Assembly (NCBI GenBank): GCA_026936335.1
Contig: JAPMXV010000030.1
Coordinates: 186,001 to 250,000 of the forward strand
Direction of reading: 5' to 3'
Source: Mantamonas sphyraenae STR306
Lineage: Eukaryota > Protista > CRuMs
Length of the DNA stretch: 64,000 bases
The notes below the pieces were generated by a model. That model was not told the origin of the DNA, searched no databases, and worked only from the letters and a program-made list of their open reading frames with translations. A program made the translations under genes and the position numbers. This document shows, in pieces, positions 33,901-42,100 of this stretch. The first letter of the stretch is position 1. Each line of letters opens with the position of its first letter.

Positions 33901-36887
33901 AGGCTGCAGACGACATCGGATGGACAGCGGCCATGGTGGCGTCCCAAAACGGACACTTGGCTTGTTTGCACAAACTGATCCACGCGGGTGCAGATGTGCA
34001 CAGGGCAAACACGCGCGGGCGCACTGCGTTGATCCAGGCGTGTTCCAATGGCCGTGCTGATTGCTTGCGTGCATTGCTGGATGCTGGGGTGGATGCCACG
34101 CAGGTGGGTGCCGATATTGGCCCCGTGGCGCTTCTGGACGCGGCCAGGCAAGGGCATGAGGAATGTGTGCGTTTGCTGCTGGACGCAGGGGCGCCTGTGA
34201 ATGCGCCCGGGTTGATGAACCGTACGGCGCTGATGAACGCGGTGCACTCGGGAAAAGTCGCCTGCTTGCGAGCGTTGGTGGAGGCCGGAGCCGACGTGCA
34301 CGCAAAGGACAAGTTTGGACGGGACGGAATGAGCGTCGCGTGTGAACTCGGACTTGTGGAGTGCGCAGAGGTTTTGTTGGACGCAGGCGTAGAGGTGGAC
34401 ACAGAGCTCGTGGAAGGCCACACGGGGCTGATGATTGCGTCGCAGCATGGAAACGAGGCCTGTGTGAAGCTGTTTGTGGAGCGCGGGGCCGATGTGAACA
34501 GGCCCGGGCCGTTTGAGTTGACGGCGTTGATTCCAGCGGCGCAGAACGGCCACGGCGCATGTGTGCGTGTGTTGCTGGAGGCAGGGGCGAATGTGAACGC
34601 CATGTCGGACAGCAAGCGCAGTGCGCTGGTGCAAGCGTCGCAGAACGGACACGTGGAGTGTGTGCGCATGCTGCTGGACGCAGGTGCAGATGTGGAACGC
34701 GCAGACACGGTGGGGTGGACGTCGCTGATGCAGGCGGCCGTGCTCGGACACATAGAGTGTGTGCGCATGTTGCTGGACGCAGGGGCGGATCCAAACACAC
34801 GCGAGGACGTGGACAGGACGGCGCTGCTGATGGCGTCGGAACAGGGGTTTGAAGAGATCGTGGATGTTTTGCTGCGTGCAGGTGCGCAGGCGGATCTGAG
34901 CGACCGCAGCGGATGGTCGCCGTTGATGATGGCCGCAGACAAAGGCCACACCAGGTGCGTGGCACTGCTCTTGGGCGCAGAGGCATCGGTGCAGCAGAGC
35001 GACGAACACGGATGGACGGCACTGATGCAGGCGGCGCAAGAGGGACACGCAGAGTGTGTGCAGCTGCTGTTGGACGCAGGGGCACACGTAAACGTGGAGG
35101 CGAACGACGGACGCACGGCGCTGATCCAGGCGGCGCAGAACGGACACGATTCCTGCGTGCGTGCGCTGGCAAAGGGACATGCAGAGTTGGATCACCAGGG
35201 GCCGCACGGGCTGACGGCGTTGGCAGTGGCTGCACACAACGGGCATCCTGCGTGTGCGGCGGTGTTGATCGAGGCAGGAGCAGATGTGACACGCGAAGCG
35301 GAAGGCGGGTGGACGGCGCTGTCGATTGCAGCCAAGATGGGCCACACAGAGTGTGTGGAAGCGCTGGTGGCGGCCGGGGCGGACGTGAACCAGGAAGACG
35401 ACAGCGGGTGGACGTCGCTGATTCAAGCGTGCGGAAGCGGACATGACGCATGTGCGCGTGTGTTGCTGGACGCAGGCGCAGACGTGCATCACGTGACCCA
35501 TTCGGCACGAACGGCGCTGATGCAGGCGGCGCAGTGCGGCAGTGTGCCATGTGTGCACATGCTGCTGGACGCCGGCGCGGAGCTGGAGGTAGTGACAGAG
35601 AACGGGTGCACAGCTCTGTTGGTGGCGTCACGGATGGGCCAACACGAGTGTTTGAAAGCATTGGCGGACGCAGGCGCAAACGTGCACGTGGTGGACAGTG
35701 CAGGATGGACTGCGATTCAGCACGTGGCGCACAGCGGCAAGGTGGAGAGTGTGCAGGTGTTGCTGGACGCGGGCGTGGACGTGAACAACGCCAACGTGGC
35801 CGGGTGGACGGGACTGATGCTTGCCGCGCAGGAGGGCCATGCAGATTGTGTGGGGCTGCTCATTCAGGCAGGCGCAGAGGTGGATGTGATGTCGGACAAC
35901 CACCGCACGGCGTTGGTGCAGGCGGCACAGAACGGCCACACAGAGTGTGTGCAGCTGCTGTTGGGCGCAGGTGCAAAGGCGGATCTGGCCATGGGCGACG
36001 GGCGCTCTGCGCTGTCGATGGCCGCACACAACGGCGAGCTGGCGTGTGTGGAGCTGCTGTTGGGTGCAGGGGCAGATGCGAACCAAAAGACAAAACGAGG
36101 ACGCACGCCGCTGGCGCATGCGGCGTTGGGCGGCCATGAGAGCTGTGTGCGTGTGCTGTTGGACGCAGGGGCAGAGGTGGACAGCGCAGGCGAGGATCGC
36201 AAGACAGCGCTGGTCATGGCGTCGATGGGAGGGCACACAGAGGTTGTGAGGATGCTGTTGGAGGCAGGGGCGAATGTGAACACGGATTGCGGAGACGGGG
36301 GGCTCCCTGTGATGCTGGCGGCGATGAAGGGCCATGCAGAGTGTTTGCAGGTGCTGATCGATGCAGGCGGAGATGTGCACACGGCGGCGGTGGACGGGTG
36401 GACGCCGCTGACAATGGCGGCCGAGAACGGAGAGGTGGAGTGTGTGCGCAGACTGTTGGTGGCAGGGGCGTTTGTGGACGCAAGGACGAGCGGGCAGAGG
36501 ACGCCGTTGATCCAAGCCGCGCAGGAGGGCCATTTGTTGTGTGTGTTGCTGCTGTTGGAGGCAGGGGCGAATGTGGATGCGGCGGAGGAGGATGGGTGGA
36601 GCGCGCTGATGATGGCGGCGCAGAACGGGCATGCAGAGGTGGTGGCGGAGCTGGTGGAGGCCGGGGTGGATGTGGATGCACAGAATGAGCAGGGCTGGAC
36701 CGCGTTGATGATGGCCGCGCATGTGGGGGATATCGCGTGTGTGAGGGTGTTGTTGGGCGGAGGGGCGGATGTGCATGTGCAGGGGAGGGATGGGGAGGTT
36801 GCGGTGGGGGGTGCGGCGGGATTGGGGCATGCTGGGGTGGTGGAGGCGTTGGTGGAGGCGGGGGCGGATAGGAATGTGAGGGGTTGA
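30867..36887 (+). CDS. Giant ankyrin-repeat protein (~2,000 aa, roughly 58-60 repeats, no other domain)
   Basis: Continuous 33-aa repeats of the form GxTALxxAAxxGHxECVxxLLxAGAxV after an acidic N-terminus; intronless. Confidence 0.95.
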
Positions 36888-37035
36888 TGGGGATGGTGGT
36901 GATTAAGAGTGGTCAATGTAAACAGAGCACGTTCACGATGCGCTTGGTGATCCAGCGGCAATGTTTTCCAGGACACGCCCCTGCCTTGCGGGCCTGCCGA
37001 GGAATACACTGCAAGTCTTGCCTGGGCTACGGTCG

Positions 37036-38049
37036 ATGGCTGTTGAGGAGATGCAGGAGGCTGTCCAGGAACGCGAGCAGTTCCCCGCGTCCGTGGGCTT
37101 GTGGTCGGCTGGCGGCACCGCTACATTCAGCGGGATCGTCCTGTTGCACTCTTCTCTCTTTCAGGGGTTACAGGCCTTTGCCTCGTCGTATGTTCTATTG
37201 GGTGCCGTATCGAGCGTGCTTGTCACAAGAAAGGCTGAGGAAGTGGACAAGATCGTGCAGGGGTTGGCGGAGGTGATCAACACCGCCGACGCCATGTCTT
37301 TCAGCGCCTCCTTGGTGGCAAGCAGAGCTGCTCTGGGTCCACGGCATTCTTTATCAAGTGACAGTGAGCAGCTGATGAACGAGATGCACAAGAGGTTGCA
37401 TAAATCGCTGTCGAGTGTGGTGAGAGAACGCTTGTTGCGTCGCCAGCGAGCTGGAGGAGAGGATATAGGTGCTCTGTTGCCAAAGCCTGTGCTCGACACA
37501 TATGCAGGCAAGAGCAGCAAAGAGGCAACAGCTCGTGTTGAGGAACTCTGTTCAACGAGCACGACGAACGAAGGTGATGCGATCCGGGAGGTATGCGACG
37601 CTGCGGCGGAACACGTTCACAACTATGCTTGCCTGCATCTGGGGATGGCAGCAGCAGTACAAGCGCACTACCTTGCACATGCGCGACACCCTGAGCCCCC
37701 TACGCGCGTTCCTAAGCCGCTTCGGAACTTGTTGAACACGCTTTCCAGCAGCACGCGATCCAAGGACACGACACACCTGCCTTCGCTTGCGCGCAGCTTT
37801 GTTGACTTGTACGATACTTGCAGGGCACTCGAGGCGGACGTGAGGGAGAGTAAGGACTTGGGGAAACTGCACGAAGTCGGCGCTGCGTTGGTGCGTGTCC
37901 GCGATATCCACCACGATTTGTTGGTTGGACAACCAGCAAGGGTGCTCATTGAAGGAGCCACTGAGAGGAAAAAGCAGGCATTGCTGGACGCTGATCGCAT
38001 GCGCAGGAAATGTGCGATGGTGATCGCCACGGCGGAAGCAAACAAATGA
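37036..38049 (+). CDS. Hypothetical protein A: N-terminal 2-TM hairpin + helical domain
   Basis: Intronless ORF; two hydrophobic segments (VGLWSAGGTATFSGIVLL; AFASSYVLLGAVSSVLV); paralogous to the next ORF. Confidence 0.65.
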   Translation: MAVEEMQEAVQEREQFPASVGLWSAGGTATFSGIVLLHSSLFQGLQAFASSYVLLGAVSSVLVTRKAEEVDKIVQGLAEVINTADAMSFSASLVASRAALGPRHSLSSDSEQLMNEMHKRLHKSLSSVVRERLLRRQRAGGEDIGALLPKPVLDTYAGKSSKEATARVEELCSTSTTNEGDAIREVCDAAAEHVHNYACLHLGMAAAVQAHYLAHARHPEPPTRVPKPLRNLLNTLSSSTRSKDTTHLPSLARSFVDLYDTCRALEADVRESKDLGKLHEVGAALVRVRDIHHDLLVGQPARVLIEGATERKKQALLDADRMRRKCAMVIATAEANK

Positions 38050-39272
38050 CTTCTTCCTCCGAGGAAACGCAGTTGGAAGAAGATGATGCCATCCATATCA
38101 TCCCGTTGCAGATAGAGGTTGCCAAGGAGTTGAAGAGAAAGGTTTATGCACAGCACAGGCAGGTGCTGAAGGAGACACGCGAGTCAACACAGAAATGGGG
38201 AGGGCTGGCAGCTGCGGCGGCGTATGTGGCAACGCACAAGCAAAAGACTGTGGTCCAAGGGTTGGTGTCCGTAGCCACTGGGCTGGCTGTTTGGACAGGA
38301 CTGCGTGTGTGGAAAATGAGGGAGTTGGAACGGACGCGCAGGGAAGCGGAGGGCTGCCAGCGAATCCGCGCACATTCCATGGTGCTGATGGTGGATCTCA
38401 GTGTGTTGGCAAGCGATTGGACACCAGCTGCGGAGAGGAAGAAGGCTTTGGGGAACATTCGGGAGAGTTGGTGGGGAGATGATTCCCACGACTCTGCAGG
38501 GGTTGGAGAGAGTGGGAAACTCACGGCACAGTTTGCTCGATTCCGTGGCAGCAAGTGGTGGGTGGATGACACACCACACGGGAAACCAGGATTGGACCAA
38601 GTGAAGGCTGTTGAGGCGTCGATCATTGAACGCTGTAAGCTTTCCCCGGTTGAGCTGACAGAGGCAGAGCGGGAGGCAGTTCTGAAACACGCACAGTCTA
38701 GGACACTCGACTTGGTGGTGGCTGGTGACTGGATGGGCTCCGCACGACCCTTGTGCCACAAGGCAGCGGCCGTGATCAGGAAACAAGCTGGAAAACACTT
38801 GACCACCGCGCTCATGTACCAGCTGCAGGCTAAGGAGCTGGAGACGATGTACAGGACTTCCATGAACTCTCCGCTTATAGAAAGGGTGACGTCGTTCCAT
38901 TCGAAGGAGCTGCAGCCCGTGCAGGAGCTGCTGGAAGTGTCACTGCTCTTTGGCGAACACGCCACTCACAAACTCATTCAGCTCAGCTCGACGGCGTCCC
39001 AGGACTTTACCCTGCTCTATGACTTGTGCGTCAAGGTGGAGAGTCAGTTCAGCAAGGGCAGGAGTTGGGAGGACTTTTGGAAGGCTGAGAAGAAAGCGAG
39101 GGAGCTGGCGATCATTCATCGCGAGTTTTCGCACCGAGCTCCGGTCTCCACAGAGGACCCGCAGGAGGTGGCAAGCTCTGTGAGGAAGCTGGACAGGGAA
39201 CATGTCCGCTCCACGCTTACAGTGGCTGAATGGTGGAACGTCTCGGAGGACATGGACACGGAGGAAACGTGA
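38046..39272 (+). CDS. Hypothetical protein B: paralog of A, 2-TM + helical domain; ATG overlaps A's stop (ATGA)
   Basis: WGGLAAAAAYVA and VVQGLVSVATGLAVWTGL hydrophobic segments; shared motifs with A (FTLLYDLC vs FVDLYDTC; IIHREF vs DIHHDL). Confidence 0.65.
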   Translation: MTSSSEETQLEEDDAIHIIPLQIEVAKELKRKVYAQHRQVLKETRESTQKWGGLAAAAAYVATHKQKTVVQGLVSVATGLAVWTGLRVWKMRELERTRREAEGCQRIRAHSMVLMVDLSVLASDWTPAAERKKALGNIRESWWGDDSHDSAGVGESGKLTAQFARFRGSKWWVDDTPHGKPGLDQVKAVEASIIERCKLSPVELTEAEREAVLKHAQSRTLDLVVAGDWMGSARPLCHKAAAVIRKQAGKHLTTALMYQLQAKELETMYRTSMNSPLIERVTSFHSKELQPVQELLEVSLLFGEHATHKLIQLSSTASQDFTLLYDLCVKVESQFSKGRSWEDFWKAEKKARELAIIHREFSHRAPVSTEDPQEVASSVRKLDREHVRSTLTVAEWWNVSEDMDTEET

Positions 39273-39316
39273 ACTGAACGCGACGCGTGCGCCAACACAT
39301 CGACACGCACAGCCTC

Positions 39317-42067
39317 ATGAGCACATTGGACAGGAAGCGCGTGCGGAATGTGCGTGTGGGTCGTCAGGAGAATGAAGAGAATGAAATCGGTGGCAATGAC
39401 GAGTTGCAGGTGCCGGCGTTTGGGAGGGAAACGTCAAAGGCGGAGGTGGTGGAAAAGGTGCTCTCACTGGCCCGGGATGTCAGTGATGAGGTGCAACGTG
39501 GTCAGGATGAGGAGCGCGAGTTGGTGATGACACTGGTGAAGGAGTGTCTGGGCGATGGGGTGCGTTTTGGGGTGCACGGGAGCAAGGAACACGGAACACA
39601 CGTCCAGGGAGTGTCAGATGAGGACATATACGTGTACATGGGGGGGCAAGGACCTGCTGATGGTGCAGATACTGGGTTGGTGGAGGTGGTGGCTGTAGAC
39701 GGGCCACGGCTGGAAGGTGGCGGGCTGCCGAAGGAAACGCGATTGCTGAACACGGTGGACGGCGGCTGGTCGACGGCAGAGGAGGCAGTGCGACGCATGC
39801 GGGAGGATGTTTTGCCTTACTTGAAGGAGAAACTGCCGAACAAGAAAGTGCAGATGGGCCGGCGATGTCTGAAGGTTGAGGGAGTGGCACAAGACTACGA
39901 CTTGATCCCTGGAGCAGAGGTGGAGATCGAGATGGAGAGTGGAGAGAAAGAGAAGGCGGTGGTGCTACCGTATGGGAAGCCAGAAGTGCACGGATGGGAG
40001 CTGTACCGCCTGGACTACTATGAACGAGTGTTCACAGAGTTTGCGGATGCCCACGGTGAACGGGACGGGTTCATCGGAGTGCGTGGTGTGTGTCAGGTGG
40101 TGAAGTTTGTGGTGCGGATGTGGGAGAAGATGAAGCATCCGGGTGGGCTGGCAAACGGGGCGTTTATCGAGGCAGCTGTGCGGCATGTGGTGGCGGCAGC
40201 AGAGGCGAATGGTGAGAACGGTGTAGGGACAGTGGAGGTTGTGGAGCGGGTGGCTGGTCTGTTGGAGAAGGGATGGTTTGAGGATGAGGTGTCTGGAGAG
40301 GAGTGGAAGGTGAAGGTGAAGGATGGGGCGGTGTTGGAGGCGAGTCGGTTTTGGGAATGTGCGAAGATGACATACCAGGGGCTGGGAGCGCTGGGGGTGG
40401 ATTCCTTGCGGTACTGGCCTGATGACACAAGTGGAGTGCATGTGGCGGCGCGGTTTGGCAATGTGGGGCAGCTGGAAAGCTTGCTGGAAGCGTGTGGAAG
40501 CGACACGGAACGGCGGAAGCTTGTGAACGAAGCGGACAGGAATGGGTGGACACCGTTAGTACATGCGTCACAACACGGGAAGGTGGGTTGTGCTGAAGTG
40601 CTGATCAGCGCAGGTGCTGATGTGAACGGGTTGCAGTTGAATGATGAGCTAGCAGTGTCACCTCTCGCCGCGTCCCTGTACTGCGCCGGAAGGTGTTTGG
40701 ATGTGCTGCTGGCAGTGGGGGGAGTGGATGTGGATGCACAGTTGCCAATTGGGGCAACCCCACTGATGTTTGCATCTGTACTTGGAAACACAGACGCTGT
40801 GAAGAAGTTGATCGCTGCCGGGGCTTCAGTGGACAAGCACGGGAAGGATGAAGGGACTGCGTTGATTCAGGCAGCCACAAACGGACACGTGGGGTGCGTG
40901 ACGGCGCTGATTGAGGCAGGGGCGGATGTGGATGCTGCAGATGGGAAAGGGTGGTCTGCGTTGATCATGGCAGCACAGGGTGGACACGTGGAGTGCGTGG
41001 CAGCGCTGATTGACGCAGGGGCAGATGTGAATGCTGCGGCCGGGGAGGGATGGAAAGCGTTGATTGTTGCTTCACTCAACGGACACGTGAAGTGCGTAGC
41101 AGCGCTGATTGAGGCAGGGGCGGATGTAGAAACTGTGACTGAGGGAGGACTGACTGCATTGATCATTGCAGCACACACCGGGCACTTGGAGTGCGTGACA
41201 GCGCTGATTGAGGCCGGGGCGGAGGTAGAAACTGTGACTGAGGGAGGACGAACTGCGTTGATCATTGCAGCACACACCGGGCACTTGGAGTGCGTGACAG
41301 CGCTGATTGAGGCAGGAGCAGATGTGAATGCTGCGAGTGAGGGAGGAAGGACTGCGTTGATTCAGGCAGCACAGCAAGGACACGTGGAGTGCGTGGCTGC
41401 GCTGATTGAGGCAGGCGCGAATGTGAATGCTGCTACTGAGGATGGATTGACCGCGTTGATCATTGCAGCAGGGAACGGACACGTGGAGTGCGCGACAGCG
41501 CTGATTGAGACAGGGGCGGATGTGAGTGCTGCGATTGAGGGAGGACAGACTGCATTTATCATTGCAGCACAGCAAGGACACGTGGAGTGCGTGGCAGCGC
41601 TGATTGAGGCCGGGGCGGATGCAAACACTGCGACTGAGGATGGGTTGACCGTGTTGATCATGGCAGTACAGAAGGGACACGACGCCATTGTCTCTCTCCT
41701 CCTGTCCTCAGGTGCAGATCCAAAGATGCCTGGCCCAATGGGCTTCACCGCACTTCACTTTGCTGCCCTCGTTGGCCACGCGAGCACCATCAAACTTCTC
41801 CTCTCCAATGGCGCAGACCCAACAGCATCTGCCGCCGGTCTCACCCCCCTACACGTCGCAACCGCCTCCAACCACCCCGAATGTGCCGCCCTCCTCCGCC
41901 CCGACCCCACCAACCCCAACAACTGGTCCTCCATCAACCTCACCACCGCTGACCTCAAAGCCCTCCGTCGTGGCGGCATCGACGGCCTCCTCATGCACCT
42001 CGAGCTCTCCAACCAACACGCCAAGATCAAGCAAGTCAACACCCTCGTTACCCAAAACAACTGGTGA
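39317..42067 (+). CDS. cGAS/DncV-like (CD-NTase/SMODS-type) nucleotidyltransferase fused to ~15 ankyrin repeats
   Basis: Pol-beta fold motif VHGSKEHGTHVQGVSDEDIYV (GS at 39578-39583, DxD at 39617-39625); GRRCLKV..DYDLIPG (third Asp ~39899); helical lobe VCQVVKF..GAFIEAAV. Ankyrin repeats from ~40420. Confidence 0.8.
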   Translation: MSTLDRKRVRNVRVGRQENEENEIGGNDELQVPAFGRETSKAEVVEKVLSLARDVSDEVQRGQDEERELVMTLVKECLGDGVRFGVHGSKEHGTHVQGVSDEDIYVYMGGQGPADGADTGLVEVVAVDGPRLEGGGLPKETRLLNTVDGGWSTAEEAVRRMREDVLPYLKEKLPNKKVQMGRRCLKVEGVAQDYDLIPGAEVEIEMESGEKEKAVVLPYGKPEVHGWELYRLDYYERVFTEFADAHGERDGFIGVRGVCQVVKFVVRMWEKMKHPGGLANGAFIEAAVRHVVAAAEANGENGVGTVEVVERVAGLLEKGWFEDEVSGEEWKVKVKDGAVLEASRFWECAKMTYQGLGALGVDSLRYWPDDTSGVHVAARFGNVGQLESLLEACGSDTERRKLVNEADRNGWTPLVHASQHGKVGCAEVLISAGADVNGLQLNDELAVSPLAASLYCAGRCLDVLLAVGGVDVDAQLPIGATPLMFASVLGNTDAVKKLIAAGASVDKHGKDEGTALIQAATNGHVGCVTALIEAGADVDAADGKGWSALIMAAQGGHVECVAALIDAGADVNAAAGEGWKALIVASLNGHVKCVAALIEAGADVETVTEGGLTALIIAAHTGHLECVTALIEAGAEVETVTEGGRTALIIAAHTGHLECVTALIEAGADVNAASEGGRTALIQAAQQGHVECVAALIEAGANVNAATEDGLTALIIAAGNGHVECATALIETGADVSAAIEGGQTAFIIAAQQGHVECVAALIEAGADANTATEDGLTVLIMAVQKGHDAIVSLLLSSGADPKMPGPMGFTALHFAALVGHASTIKLLLSNGADPTASAAGLTPLHVATASNHPECAALLRPDPTNPNNWSSINLTTADLKALRRGGIDGLLMHLELSNQHAKIKQVNTLVTQNNW
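40850..41690 (+). repeat. Near-identical 99-bp tandem repeats encoding ankyrin units
   Basis: For example 41102-41200 vs 41201-41299 differ at only a handful of bases; about 8 units. Confidence 0.9.
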
Positions 42068-42100
42068 CCAATACACTCTTTTCACCCCCACCCACTCACC

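Noticed and set aside
32499-36830. Long minus-strand ORFs (1019, 718, 632 and 400 aa) over the ankyrin gene
   Set aside because: Antisense shadows of a GC-rich repetitive CDS; the H/Q/R- or S/A-rich translations have no domain.
40850-41690. Regular repeats that might be a CRISPR array
   Set aside because: In-frame 99-bp ankyrin units with no unique spacers; no cas genes.
29342-42067. Bacterial contamination as the source of the intronless cluster
   Set aside because: It is contiguous with intron-containing genes, shares the regional skew, and has eukaryote-style acidic low-complexity tracts. A chimeric join cannot be fully excluded without reads.
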